Origin: an uncultured Verrucomicrobiae bacterium
GTDB lineage: Bacteria; Verrucomicrobiota; Verrucomicrobiia; Limisphaerales; Palsa-1400
DNA: 64,000 nucleotides
Assembly: GCA_963764165.1 (NCBI GenBank)
Contig: CAVXRD010000001.1
Span: 640,001 to 704,000 of the forward strand
Reading direction: 5' to 3'
Made by a program: the position numbers and the translations under genes. The notes under the pieces were generated by a model that saw only the letters and a list, made by a program, of their open reading frames with translations, made no database searches and had not been told where the DNA came from. The stretch's first letter is position 1, and each line of letters opens with the position of its first letter. Of this stretch, positions 29,230 to 39,537 are shown piece after piece.

Positions 29230-29531
29230 CAACGCGCCTCAAAAACGGATGGTTCAGACAATAACCGTTTCAGTTCAGGAATTTCCTTTGCCGGCGCATC
29301 CAGTGCCGCATTGAACGCCAGCCATTGGGCCTTGGGCAGAACAAACCGGGTCTGCTCCGCCAATATTGCTTCCGCAGCGTCTTGGGACGAGCGCACGACG
29401 AAATCAGTAAGCGAGTTTTTGCGCAGTTTTGCCGCCTTGAGGATCAGAATTTTCACCGCTGGCGCAATTCGCAAATTCAGGCGCTCGGTTGCCGCCTGTG
29501 TATCAACACGGGGTTTCGATATTGTGCTCAC
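29229..29531 (-). CDS. DUF1778 antitoxin (TacA-like)
   Basis: ERLNLRI...KAAKL...SLTDFV...FNAALDAP; TGATG coupling to the GNAT gene. Confidence 0.88.
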   Translation of the reverse strand: MSTISKPRVDTQAATERLNLRIAPAVKILILKAAKLRKNSLTDFVVRSSQDAAEAILAEQTRFVLPKAQWLAFNAALDAPAKEIPELKRLLSEPSVFEAR

Positions 29532-29743
29532 AATGTGCGTACATTAGGCTTTTCGCTCTGGTTGTCAAGGGACCTTTGTTCCAGCCGCGGATGCTGCCCG
29601 AAATTGTCCCGCCACCGGGCTGAATGATAAATTCGGCCTCACTTTATAATTGTTAGCGCTTTTGGCTTATGGCATGGTTTGTCCAGCGGCAGCCACGAGT
29701 GTTGGCTGGGCTTTGCTGAAGCACAATCTAACGAAAGCATTTT

Positions 29744-30109
29744 ATGGACGTTCCGCCATTAACCACAAATTTGCCGCCGTCGGCCACCCCAAGAGGAAGT
29801 GACAAAATTTGGACGGTGCTCAGTCATCTCTCGGTTTTTTTGGCCGTGCCGTTCATTTTGCCATTAGTCGTTTATCTAGTGATGAGGGATGAGTCACGCT
29901 ATGTCTCGGAGAATGCAAGGGAGGCGCTCAATTTTCACGTTTCACTGCTGATTTATTCGCTTTGCTGCATCCCGCTCGCGCTGATAGGAATCGGTTTTCT
30001 CTTATTGTTCGTCATATGGATATCCTCCTTGATTTTTGCGGTCGTTGCGGCTGTAAAATCATCCGATGGATCATGCTACCGCTATCCGCTGACGATTCGG
30101 CTGATTTGA
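29744..30109 (+). CDS. DUF4870-type membrane protein
   Basis: LSHLS, NAREALNFH, YRYPLTIRLI. Confidence 0.85.
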   Translation: MDVPPLTTNLPPSATPRGSDKIWTVLSHLSVFLAVPFILPLVVYLVMRDESRYVSENAREALNFHVSLLIYSLCCIPLALIGIGFLLLFVIWISSLIFAVVAAVKSSDGSCYRYPLTIRLI

Positions 30110-30240
30110 GGAATCCCTAGCCGAACGATGCGGCCAAAAAAGCAGCGCGACTATCTTGGTCTTCTCTAGGCGGCGTCCGCCGACTGGCTCCGGCAGAAGA
30201 TCCAAATTCGCCAATCGATGATGAAGCAAAAGCGGAAGAA

Positions 30241-30288
30241 GTCTTCGGCGAGACGCCGAAGACGGCGGTCGAGACGACCGCGCTCCCC
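30241..30288. repeat. REP-like double hairpin (GGAG-led on minus strand)
   Basis: GTCTTCGGCGAGACGCCGAAGAC followed by GCGGTCGAGACGACCGC-GCTCCCC, between convergent genes. Confidence 0.65.
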
Positions 30289-30302
30289 AATTTGCTCAAA
30301 TC

Positions 30303-30455
30303 TTACCTTCTTCTGAATCCGCCGGTAAACGCCATGATGATAATGATGAGCAGGATGAGGCCGACACCGCTTCCGCCGTAGACAGGTCCGCCCCAATAAA
30401 AGCCGCCGCCGCCCAGCAGGAGGAGAAGAATAATGAGAATGATTAATGTATTCAT
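30303..30455 (-). CDS. Small membrane protein (DUF3309-like)
   Basis: MNTLIILIILLLLLGGGGFYWGGPVYGGSGVGLILLIIII. Confidence 0.75.
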   Translation of the reverse strand: MNTLIILIILLLLLGGGGFYWGGPVYGGSGVGLILLIIIIMAFTGGFRRR

Positions 30456-30640
30456 GAACGAGCATCGTGCCGAAATCACCCCTACAGCGCGATAGGGTGT
30501 TTCACATGCTTTAATTGACACGCAACCCGCACCCCAGCGAAATCAAGACCCCATGTGTTCAGGCAAGACCGAAACCTTGAAGAGATACTTTTTACACACT
30601 CCGGAATTGAAAAAGTTGGGGAACGATACATGATTCCTAT

Positions 30641-30951
30641 ATGAAAACCTGCTCCTACCCTGTGGTATTGAAAGGCGAATTGCTCCACGAGATTCCGCAG
30701 ACTGCCAAGGTGACAGGCCTTTCGGTCGCGGATTGCATCCACCAAGGCGCAAAGCTGGGGCTGCCGAGTTGCGGGAACAACTTGCGGGGGGCAGTGTAAG
30801 AATCACCAACGTGAATCCGTTGCCAGCCAAAGCCGCCGGGGCTCTCTACGCCGAAGCGGACGACGACACGGCGGCCATTAATTTTTTCATGGAGGCCCAG
30901 TCTAATTCACAGTGGATAAATCGAACCTCACCCACAAGCGCGGCATGGTGA
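30641..30951 (+). pseudogene. Frameshifted ribbon-helix-helix antitoxin-like ORF
   Basis: MKTCSYPVVLKGELL...TGLSVADCIHQGAKLGLP continues as LREQLAGG... only after a one-base shift near 30765-30770. Confidence 0.45.
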
Positions 30952-31218
30952 CGTTAGAGCGGAGGCGAGATATCGCCCGGAAGATTATCCGCGGACCGGC
31001 GATAGCCGGACTGTAGGGGTGCTGCGGCCAAAATTGGGGCAGATTAGCGCTGACAGGGAGTTGTCGAAAAGCCGCGGCCAGTGAGTGCCGTCAAGCACTC
31101 CATATTTGTAGCAACCACCAAGAAAAGTCCCAAGCCCCCGGTAGGGAGCGCACATATTCCGCGCATACAAGCGGGCCAACGCCAGCCGATCTCGAAAGCT
31201 CGCAATATTGCCTCATAG

Positions 31219-31785
31219 TTATCGCTCCTTTGCCTTCTGGTTTTCCGCAATGAGGCGCAACTCTGTGACAACTCGCTGTGCCGCCCCATACAAATCTAAA
31301 TGCTTCTGATTGCTTTCATTTACGACATTCCAGTCAGTGTCAATCACTCGAACCCCGTCGTAGCACACAAGATAAAAACGCAGATGATTGCTTGCGGGGT
31401 ATGGATACTCCTTTGTGGGAATCGCTGCGTCGTAATAGTGCTGTGCGACCTTGACGCATTCTCTGGCAGCGATTCGAACTCTTTCGTGACCAATGCCACC
31501 AATGACTCCAAATGTGCCGGTTGTATAGATGCTCGCGTCCCCTGTGGCGCGAGCAATAACAGTAGCGATTGCGGGCTCAATCGGCCAATCCATGATAACC
31601 GCACAAACTTGAGGAAACTCCGCCGTCGACTTTTCGCCAAAGTCGGAAGGCACCATAGTCAACTGCTTTAGACGCATCTCACGCATGGTCTCGGCTGGAC
31701 TCTTCTTCGCTGCTGGTTCGTTGGTTTGCGCCATAGCTGCGAACGCTTCAATAATCAAAGACGCGATGAAAAGCAATGGGTGCAT
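31219..31785 (-). CDS. Hypothetical exported protein
   Basis: Signal-like N-terminus; GDASIYT...GVIGGIGH; lower GC than neighbours. Confidence 0.7.
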   Translation of the reverse strand: MHPLLFIASLIIEAFAAMAQTNEPAAKKSPAETMREMRLKQLTMVPSDFGEKSTAEFPQVCAVIMDWPIEPAIATVIARATGDASIYTTGTFGVIGGIGHERVRIAARECVKVAQHYYDAAIPTKEYPYPASNHLRFYLVCYDGVRVIDTDWNVVNESNQKHLDLYGAAQRVVTELRLIAENQKAKER

Positions 31786-31836
31786 AGCGTGGGTCCAAAG
31801 ACCAAAAAATAGAGCACCCTCCCCCTATTGGCGAAA

Positions 31837-33297
31837 TCACACCAATATCTTCTTCACCAAATCCGGGAAGGTGCAGTCCTGGCAAAGCGCGTTCGTGCGG
31901 TCGCAGAAATCGTGGGTGATTTGGTGCAGGCCTTGTTGCGCGGCGGCGGTTCCGAGGCGGAGGTTTCGCTGGCCGCCGATTAATCTTTGGCGGGCGAGGC
32001 GGAGGATGGCGTTGTCCTGGGCGGCGGGCCAGGCGAGGTAACGATTCTCGGCGGCAGTGGTCAGGGCGGCGTTCTTGCCGGCGTTCGCGCGGGCCCAGAA
32101 CCATGGGAGGATCACGTTGATGGCGAGATCGGTGGTGCGCTGTTCGCCCAAGAGGGGCTGCGGTTTGCCGAGGCGCGGGGAGGCGAAGCTCCAATGCCAC
32201 GACCAATAATCGTCGGCAGGCGGCTGCAGGCAGGCGAGCAGGCTGGAGGGAAGCTCGCCATCGGCCACCGGCTTGGTGAACCATTGTTCGAGGCGCGGAA
32301 TGAAATCGTTTGTTGACACCCAGTGGGCGGCCAGGGCGAGGCGGCGCTGGGGCTGGTTGGCGGGGCGCAATCCATACATGCGCCACAGATTTTTCGGAAG
32401 CGTGACGGGCTGGAATTTTTCGCGCTCGCGCCACCAGTGATCCCACAAAATTCTCGGATATTCTCCAGGCGTTCCGGCGGCGGAAATGTCGGAAGGCAAG
32501 AATCCGCTTACGCCAAACAATCGCGCCTGCATCCCGACGAGCGAAACTGCCCGGCCGCCTTCGCCTTCGGCTTCGCGCAGGACAGGCAGCAATTCCGCCA
32601 CCCGTTGCATGGCCCAGACGTTCTGGCGGTAGCCCAGTCCGCGGAAAAGCCCTTCCCAAAGCGCCTGTTCCCACCCGGCGTGGCGGGCGCGGGTTTCCAA
32701 TTCCCGGGCTTTGCGATTGAACCGCACCATCGCCGCCTGATGCAAAAGTTCGGCCGTCCGCTCCATTCCGAGCAAGCTCAGCGGAGCGGAGCACGCGCCG
32801 CGCAATGTTTCCGGCCAATTCTCGGAACTTCCGCCAGCGCCCCATTTCCGCAAATCGTCCAAAGGCAAATCCAAATAATTTTCGAGCGCCAGCATGCGGC
32901 GCGCGCCGCCGGACGCCTCCGTGCCGCCGGTCCAAACGACGTGCAGGATTACCCCCGCGAAAGCTTCATTGGTGTGGTGTTGGTGAGCCTGCCAATTTTG
33001 CGGGATAAGGTCGATTTCCACGTCACCCGAGCGCGGCTCCTCGTGGCCGAATTGCAGGACTGCGCCGCGAAAATCCGGCCCCGCGCCGTGATTCCAAAAG
33101 CCGGGGTGCAGCACGCGGACGGGATGGCCATCGGAGGTGCGAAGTTCCTCGCGGCGAAGACGCTGGTGATGCCAGACGCTTTGGAGCAGCCGTTCAGGGG
33201 GGTGAGGCGAATTGCTCTCACCCAGGAGCGCACGAGCTTCCTGCTCGGCGCGCCATTGAACATACAAATCCTGCCCGAGAGCACCCACAATCTTCAT
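31837..33297 (-). CDS. DUF2851-family protein
   Basis: PERLLQSVW, PGFWNHGAGPDF, GDVEID, VILHVVW, LRPANQPQRRLA, AQQGLHQI, C-terminal Cys cluster. Confidence 0.85.
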   Translation of the reverse strand: MKIVGALGQDLYVQWRAEQEARALLGESNSPHPPERLLQSVWHHQRLRREELRTSDGHPVRVLHPGFWNHGAGPDFRGAVLQFGHEEPRSGDVEIDLIPQNWQAHQHHTNEAFAGVILHVVWTGGTEASGGARRMLALENYLDLPLDDLRKWGAGGSSENWPETLRGACSAPLSLLGMERTAELLHQAAMVRFNRKARELETRARHAGWEQALWEGLFRGLGYRQNVWAMQRVAELLPVLREAEGEGGRAVSLVGMQARLFGVSGFLPSDISAAGTPGEYPRILWDHWWREREKFQPVTLPKNLWRMYGLRPANQPQRRLALAAHWVSTNDFIPRLEQWFTKPVADGELPSSLLACLQPPADDYWSWHWSFASPRLGKPQPLLGEQRTTDLAINVILPWFWARANAGKNAALTTAAENRYLAWPAAQDNAILRLARQRLIGGQRNLRLGTAAAQQGLHQITHDFCDRTNALCQDCTFPDLVKKILV

Positions 33298-33546
33298 TTG
33301 ACTCCGAATACGCCGAATGTCAAGTATGCGACACCGAATTTTTGGTGGCGTAAGGCGCGGCAGCCTCTGCGCACTCATCTTCTCTGCGCGAAAATTCTTT
33401 TCCCTCGGGCTGACCGTTGAGGATGCGCATGATGCCGTCCTTGATACGCTCAGTCCAAGGCCGCTGCGAAAGGCCGCTCGCGAAAAGGTCTCGCCTTGTC
33501 CGCCAGGCCATGCTACAAGTGGGCTTGAGGAAAGCCTGTAATCCAA

Positions 33547-34329
33547 ATGAGCAGATTCGTTAACTTGGAATTTGAAGGCCCGGACGGCGAGCATAATCCC
33601 TTCGCGGACTCCGCATCCGTCGCGGTCAAGGACGAATCCTTCTATCAACGCGCCGCCCAATCCGCTTTTGAAGCCGGCGATTTCCAGAACGCACTCCGCG
33701 CCTACGCCAAAGTCCTCGAATTCAATCCAAGGAATGCCGCGGCGTGGACCGCCCAGGTTCGCATGCTGACCGAATTGGATCAATTGGAGGAAGCCAGCGC
33801 CTGGGCTGACAAGTCGCTTGAAAAATTTCCGCGCGAAGCCGATTTGCTCGCCGCCAAAGCCGTCGTGCTCGCGCGCCGCGGAGAAATTCAAAATGCGCTC
33901 GCGTTCTCGGATGCGGCCGTCGGCGAAAACGGATCCTCGCCCTGCGTGTGGCTGGCGAGGGGTGACATCTTGTTGACAGCCCGGCAAACGCTTGCGGACT
34001 ATTGCCTTGAAAAGGCGATGATGCTCGCGCCCGGCGATTGGAGTGTCGCGCTCCAGGCTGCCCGCATCCGCAGCCGCCACAGCCAATTTTCCCTCGCCCT
34101 GCGCCCGTTGCAGCAGGCCGTGGAATGGAACCCGCGGCATTTTCGCGCATGGATCGAACTGGGCAAATGCCAGGAAGCGCTCGGCCTGGCCAACGCGGCT
34201 GAGAAATCTTTTGTCCAGGCGCAAGCGCTGAATCCCAAGGACGAGACGGCAGCCGAAGCCTTGGCGCGCCTTTCCTCCCGCGGTGCGGCAGACCGGTTCC
34301 GCAAATGGTGGCGGCGGATCAGCAAATGA
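33547..34329 (+). CDS. Tetratricopeptide-repeat protein
   Basis: Repeated helix pairs (ALRAYAKVLEFNPRN, AWIELGKCQEALG). Confidence 0.85.
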   Translation: MSRFVNLEFEGPDGEHNPFADSASVAVKDESFYQRAAQSAFEAGDFQNALRAYAKVLEFNPRNAAAWTAQVRMLTELDQLEEASAWADKSLEKFPREADLLAAKAVVLARRGEIQNALAFSDAAVGENGSSPCVWLARGDILLTARQTLADYCLEKAMMLAPGDWSVALQAARIRSRHSQFSLALRPLQQAVEWNPRHFRAWIELGKCQEALGLANAAEKSFVQAQALNPKDETAAEALARLSSRGAADRFRKWWRRISK

Positions 34330-35387
34330 CCGACTCGCATCTCAACCGCCTCCTTGAAGCGGCCAGCGAATCGGAAGCGAGCGATCTCCATTTAGTGGCG
34401 GGTGTGCCGCCGGCCTTCCGCGTTAACGGCGAAATCATTCTGGCCAGCGAAGACGCGCTAAGCGTCGAGGCGCTTTCGGCCATCGCCGACAGCGTTCTCA
34501 ATGAGCAGCAGCGCGCCAAGCTGGATCAGGATTGGGAGCTTTGCATTTCCATGCACCACGATGTCGGCGGCCGCGTGCGTGTGACGTTCTACCGCCGCAA
34601 CGGCCACACCGAAATGAGCCTGCGCTTCTGCGGCCATCGCGTGGCCAGCCGCGAGGAATTGGGGCTGCCGGAAAAAATCGACGAACTGGCCCGCCGGCCC
34701 AACGGCCTCGTGCTCGTCACCGGCCCGACCGGCGCAGGGAAGACCACCACGCTCAATTATCTTGTTGACCTCATCAATGGAGAGCGCCGCTGCAAAATTG
34801 TCACCATCGAAGACCCGATTGAATTCGTCCACGAAAACCGCCGCGCCATCGTCGTGCAGCAGGAGGTGCTGACCGATGTGCGGTCATTCAACCGCGCGCT
34901 CATTCACGTCCTGCGCCAGGATCCGGATGTCATTGTCGTCGGCGAGATGCGCGATCACGAAGCCATCTCGACGGCGCTGACTGCCGCGGAAACGGGGCAC
35001 CTCGTGCTGGCCACGATGCACTCGCCGAATGTCTCGCACGCGCTCGAGCGCATCATCAGCGTCTTCGAGGGCGGCGCGCAATTGCAGATCATCACGCAGC
35101 TTGCCAATTCGCTCGTCGGCATCCTCGCGCAGGATTTGTTGACAGCGACGGACCGGACGCGCCGCGTGCTCGCCTGCGAGCTGTTGATCGCCAACGGCGC
35201 CGTGCGCAACATGATCCGCGAAAACCAGCTTCATCAATTGGAAAATTGCATTCAAATGGGCCGCAAGGAAGGCATGATGCTGATGGACAATTCCCTCTAC
35301 GATCTCTACTGCAAATGCCTTATTTCCTACGACACCGCCGTCAGCCGCGCCCGCAATCCGGAGCGCATTCTCCGCGACCGCAAATAA
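34326..35387 (+). CDS. pilT: PilT/PilU-family type IV pilus ATPase
   Basis: GPTGAGKTT, TIEDPIE, QDPDVIVVGEMRD, AAETGHLVLATMH, AVRNMIRE. Confidence 0.85.
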   Translation: MTDSHLNRLLEAASESEASDLHLVAGVPPAFRVNGEIILASEDALSVEALSAIADSVLNEQQRAKLDQDWELCISMHHDVGGRVRVTFYRRNGHTEMSLRFCGHRVASREELGLPEKIDELARRPNGLVLVTGPTGAGKTTTLNYLVDLINGERRCKIVTIEDPIEFVHENRRAIVVQQEVLTDVRSFNRALIHVLRQDPDVIVVGEMRDHEAISTALTAAETGHLVLATMHSPNVSHALERIISVFEGGAQLQIITQLANSLVGILAQDLLTATDRTRRVLACELLIANGAVRNMIRENQLHQLENCIQMGRKEGMMLMDNSLYDLYCKCLISYDTAVSRARNPERILRDRK

Positions 35388-35399
35388 TGGCGATGAAAG

Positions 35400-35475
35400 G
35401 GCGCATTTCAATCTATGGCAATCGAACACACGCTCGCTGCCGGCTGATTCCCTCGCCCCGCCTTCGGGGAGAGAG
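35400..35475 (+). repeat. Family-E dispersed repeat (GGCGCATTTCAAT-N34-ATTCCCTCGCCCCGCC), intergenic copy
   Basis: Same two blocks at the same spacing as the reverse complement of 47239-47316. Confidence 0.7.
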
Positions 35476-35566
35476 CCAGGGAAACGGGTACTCGGCAAAC
35501 GACATAAAACCTGACGACTTCAATGCCCATGGCTTCCAGAGAGATTTTTGGGCACCCTCTCTCCTT

Positions 35567-35593
35567 CTCTCTCCCTGCCATGCAGGGAGAGAG
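35567..35593. repeat. Perfect 12-bp stem-loop
   Basis: CTCTCTCCCTGC-CAT-GCAGGGAGAGAG. Confidence 0.7.
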
Positions 35594-35661
35594 CGATCAC
35601 GGGTCTGCCTGCCAGGAGTTCGTCGGCCGCCAGCCTTCCCCAAAGCGGAGACGCCACCGCG

Positions 35662-37026
35662 ATGAAACGCCTGCGGATTTTATTGTCTGCCGCAGCCGTG
35701 CTGGCCGCATTTGCGGGGTGGGCCGGGGCCGCCCCGGTCGATGCGGACATCACGCGATTCATTGATTCCAAAAGCAATCACATATACCGGGCGTCGCAGG
35801 ATGAGGAGGCTCCCGTCCCGCCGGAAGTGTGGAAGATGTTTTCAGCGGCCTCGGCCGGGAAGTGGGCCGACGCCTCCAATTTGCTGGAAACTCTCAAAGC
35901 CGCCTACGCTCCTTTCGCGCCGCGCCCGCTGCCGGCGGACATTTGGTTCCGCGTGCAGGATGTGGGCGGAATCTGCTCGGTGCTCAGCGCCTATGACCTG
36001 AAATTCTGCCGCCTATTTGCGGAAGAAGTTTTCAAAACCATTCCGCGCGGAAGCATTTATTTTGGCGGCACCGATCCCGGCCGCTTCGCCATTACCGCGC
36101 TGAGCGTTTCGCACGAGGACGCCAATCCATTTTTCACATTGACACAGAATCAACTGGCCGACACCAACTACTTGAAATACGTCCGCGCCCTTTACCGCCA
36201 GCAGATCGTTCTTCCCGACGACGCCAAAGTATCGGACGCCTTCTCGGAATACCTGAGCGACGTCCAGCGCAGGTCGGAGCATGACAAGCAATATCCCAAC
36301 GAGCCGAAACAAATCGTCCCGGGCGAGGAGGTCAAAAACGTCAATGGCCGCCTGCAAGTCACCGGGCAGGCTGCTGTCATGATGATCAACGGCATCCTTG
36401 TGCGCGATATTTTGCAAGCCAACCCGGATCGTGATTTTTACCTGGAAGAAAGCCTGACGCTCGAATGGATGTATCCCTATTTTCTTCCCGCCGGCCCCAT
36501 TGTCAAACTGCGCCACGCCCCGAGCGAGGGCTTATTTGCGGAGACGGTGCGCAATGATCGTGAGTATTGGCAGAAGCTCACACGCCGCCTCATCGGATTG
36601 GTCGTCCACAATGAAACCAGCGTGGCGGAAGTCTGCGCGATGGCGCAGGACTTGAACGGCGTCCCCCAGGATTTTGAGGGCGACCCGGCGTTCCTTCGCG
36701 ACTCCAGCGCGCGGGGGGCCTTCTCGAAATTGCGCTCATCGATCAGCGGCCTTTATTTGTGGCGGGCCGCCCACTCGCGAAATTCCGAAGAGCGCCGGGA
36801 CATGCAGCGGGAAGCCGACCTCGCCTGCAAACAAGCTTATTTGCTGTATCCAAAAAATCCGCAAGCCCTCTGGCGCTATGCAAACCTATTGGCGACAGAA
36901 GGCCGGGTGGAAGACATGCAAAAGCTGATCGAAGCCGCCCGCAAATTGAACCCCGAGGACGCCACCGTCAATTCCCTCTCGACCTACGCCAAGCAACTGT
37001 CCGACTGGCAGCGCGCGAACAAATGA
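35662..37026 (+). CDS. Exported hypothetical protein with C-terminal TPR-like helices
   Basis: Signal peptide MKRLRILL...AGA; IYFGGTDPGRF, FYLEESLTLEWMYPY. Confidence 0.75.
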   Translation: MKRLRILLSAAAVLAAFAGWAGAAPVDADITRFIDSKSNHIYRASQDEEAPVPPEVWKMFSAASAGKWADASNLLETLKAAYAPFAPRPLPADIWFRVQDVGGICSVLSAYDLKFCRLFAEEVFKTIPRGSIYFGGTDPGRFAITALSVSHEDANPFFTLTQNQLADTNYLKYVRALYRQQIVLPDDAKVSDAFSEYLSDVQRRSEHDKQYPNEPKQIVPGEEVKNVNGRLQVTGQAAVMMINGILVRDILQANPDRDFYLEESLTLEWMYPYFLPAGPIVKLRHAPSEGLFAETVRNDREYWQKLTRRLIGLVVHNETSVAEVCAMAQDLNGVPQDFEGDPAFLRDSSARGAFSKLRSSISGLYLWRAAHSRNSEERRDMQREADLACKQAYLLYPKNPQALWRYANLLATEGRVEDMQKLIEAARKLNPEDATVNSLSTYAKQLSDWQRANK

Positions 37027-37061
37027 GGCAGGGACGGCCCGCCGAGGCGTCCGGTTGCGTG
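37026..37061. repeat. Degenerate single family-A REP arm
   Basis: AGGCAGGGACGGCCCGCCGAGGCGTCCGGTTGCGTG. Confidence 0.75.
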
Positions 37062-37166
37062 TGCATTGTGTCAATAAAAGCTAACATAGGAGGGCAAACC
37101 GAACCGGAAAGACGCTCTGCTCCCCTTCGTTTCCTTCTGTTAAAAACCGTTCCGGCAACGCCCTCC

Positions 37167-38489
37167 TCACTTGTCTTCCGGAGCAAGCTGCCACGGGAGC
37201 GGGCGCGTTTGCGAGTTGGCGGAAAAATCGACGGGGTGAATGCGCCTCAATATGGCTTGGAGCCTTTCCTGCCACGGCTCTAAATGGGCGCTGCCGAGGA
37301 CCATTCCCCACGTCCAAATTTCGCTGTCGCGGGTGACGACGACGCCCACTGGAATATGCACGCCAGGCGGGGCGTCATGCGCTGCGCCGGCAATGAAGGC
37401 AACATAATCCTTTTTCAGTCCGATCCTGCGGAATTTTGGCGGCCCGAATGGTGGCCTCGGGCCATTGGGCAAACCACAGGAAGCGTCCATGAGCCACAGC
37501 GAGCCGTCCTTCTTGGTCAAACCCTGGCACCACCAGTTCCCGCAGGCTGATATGCCTCGCCAATCGCTATCGGCCCCGATTCGCACCGGCGACACGTCCA
37601 GATCTTGATTCATCACGCCGGTATATGCGTGCGCTTGACGGCCCCAAGCCCACAAAGAGCCGTCGGATTTGATGGCAAACACTGTGTCGTCCGTCCCAAA
37701 GCCGACGTCCACCCAATTTGAATCGGCGCCCACACGCGTCGGAATGACAATTTGATGAGTGGCTGGAGCAACAGATGGATTGGGATTTTCTCCCCAGTAC
37801 CAGAGTGTGCCGTCAGATTGCTGGCCGACGACCGCCAGCCAGCCTGCCCATACCTTTACCCAATTGGTGGACTGGCCCACTTGCATGGCTTTGGCACACG
37901 AGCGGTTGGTTATGCCGATTCCCAATTCGCCCGCCCAGTTCATGCCCCAGGCCCAAAGCGTGCCATTTTTCTTTAAGGCGAAGCTGCTGTAAGCTCCAGT
38001 GGACACCTGGCGCCAATCGTTTCCCGGAACGCTTCGGACGGGAACCATCCGCATTTTTGCTTTGGTGCCGTCGCCCAATTCGTCCGACGTGTTTTCCCCC
38101 CAGGCCCAAATCGTGCCGTCGGATTTAAGGGCCAGGTTGTGCTCGCACGCCGCTGAAATGCCCACCCAATTCGTGTCATGCCCGATGCGGGTCGGTTGAA
38201 CCCGATAGGCAACATTGCTAAGCCCAAGCACGGGCCAGCCAAGAAAGGATGTTCCCCATGACCACAGGCTGCCATCCGGCGCAAGGATAAGCGCATGAGT
38301 TTCGCCAAGGCTCACTGCCGGAGTCACGGGGCCGGCCGGCAATTTAGTTGCAATCAGGGACTCCGGAAGCAACCACAGAACCACGACGGCTGCCAGCATC
38401 ACGAGCGATGCCGCCAAAACCACCTTCTTGCGTTTCGCGCCTGCCACAAAATTCACTTGAAAGCCGGGAATTGGAAAAGTCAAGGCCAT
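37167..38489 (-). CDS. Membrane-anchored RCC1-repeat beta-propeller protein
   Basis: One N-terminal TM segment; repeated (LA)LKSDGT(L/I)WAWG units. Confidence 0.85.
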   Translation of the reverse strand: MALTFPIPGFQVNFVAGAKRKKVVLAASLVMLAAVVVLWLLPESLIATKLPAGPVTPAVSLGETHALILAPDGSLWSWGTSFLGWPVLGLSNVAYRVQPTRIGHDTNWVGISAACEHNLALKSDGTIWAWGENTSDELGDGTKAKMRMVPVRSVPGNDWRQVSTGAYSSFALKKNGTLWAWGMNWAGELGIGITNRSCAKAMQVGQSTNWVKVWAGWLAVVGQQSDGTLWYWGENPNPSVAPATHQIVIPTRVGADSNWVDVGFGTDDTVFAIKSDGSLWAWGRQAHAYTGVMNQDLDVSPVRIGADSDWRGISACGNWWCQGLTKKDGSLWLMDASCGLPNGPRPPFGPPKFRRIGLKKDYVAFIAGAAHDAPPGVHIPVGVVVTRDSEIWTWGMVLGSAHLEPWQERLQAILRRIHPVDFSANSQTRPLPWQLAPEDK

Positions 38490-38841
38490 GCGGATTAGCC
38501 GCCTTGAGAAATATTTCACAAAAATCGCGCCGAAAAACCTCTGGCAGGTTTTCTGTTCCTGCAATGGTTTGGTAAAGTGTCCTCATGGTCATAAACAAAA
38601 TGATGATCGGAATGATTAAGGGCCGCGCAGCAGAGCACAGACCGGCGGAATGGCGCGGTTCGGAAGAACTGTCCGGACGCAACTGCCAGTATCACCTAGT
38701 CGCAGCAAATCGCACCAAATCGCACCTGTTTTTTGGAAAACGAGACCCATCCCGAAGGCTCCGAATTTGATTTCTCTTTCGCGAGGTTGGACGGAAAATG
38801 TCCGTGCGTTGTGGTAACCTTCTTGTCAAAGCAAGCTTGGC

Positions 38842-39537
38842 GTGAAATCCGATGGCTCCAGTGAAATTGTGCAGTTGCGGCAGATCTTGTCGGAACGCTT
38901 TCCGCATTTGCGCCAGTGGCGGGAGGAGGCCGCAGCCAAACCCGCCCCCGTCTGGCCCACTGCCCTGCCCTCGCTCGATGAACGTCTGCACGGCGGATTG
39001 CCCACTGGCGGCATCACCGAGGTCGTCGCGGAAAAATCCGGCACGGGCAGCGCGGTTTTTCTCCGGGCGCTGGTGCGGCAGGCGCGGGCCAAGGGCAAGC
39101 CAATTGCTTTGATTGACGGCTTGGATTCGTTTGACGCGGCTACGCTTGAACCCGCCGTTCTTTCCCAATTGCTTTGGGTGCGCTGCAAGACGTCCGACGA
39201 AGCGATGAAGGCCACCGATATTCTTTTGCGCGATCGCAATTTATCGCTCGTGATGCTCGATCTTAAAATGAATCCGGCCGCCCAATTGCGCAAAATCTCC
39301 AGCCCCACCTGGTACCGGCTGCAACGCATTTTGCGCCAGACAGGCATGGCGTTTGTGGTGGTGACGCCGTTTGCCATGGCGTCCAGCGCGGATGTCCGCC
39401 TCCGGCTGGCCAGCCAATGCGCGCTCGACGCGCTCGGCAAAAATGAAGATGAAGTTCTAACGAATCTACACTTCGACTTGACACGCTTTGCCGTGGCGGG
39501 GCACAGCGCGGAGTCGATGGCGGCGGAGGCTGGGTGA
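38842..39537 (+). CDS. imuA: ImuA (RecA-like) mutagenesis protein
   Basis: PTALPSLDERLHGGLPTGGITEV with degenerate P-loop; first gene of the cassette. Confidence 0.8.
   Translation: MKSDGSSEIVQLRQILSERFPHLRQWREEAAAKPAPVWPTALPSLDERLHGGLPTGGITEVVAEKSGTGSAVFLRALVRQARAKGKPIALIDGLDSFDAATLEPAVLSQLLWVRCKTSDEAMKATDILLRDRNLSLVMLDLKMNPAAQLRKISSPTWYRLQRILRQTGMAFVVVTPFAMASSADVRLRLASQCALDALGKNEDEVLTNLHFDLTRFAVAGHSAESMAAEAG

Noticed and set aside
31080..31165. Possible further degenerate REP-like element (GCCCCCGGTAGGGAGC)
   Set aside because: Too decayed and no second copy in the window
33298..34224. 309-aa N-terminal extension of the DUF2851 ORF
   Set aside because: Mostly antisense to the TPR gene; family similarity begins only near 33297
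38690..38728. 10-bp tandem repeat (AAATCGCACC x2 plus degenerate units)
   Set aside because: Too short and single-locus to assign meaning
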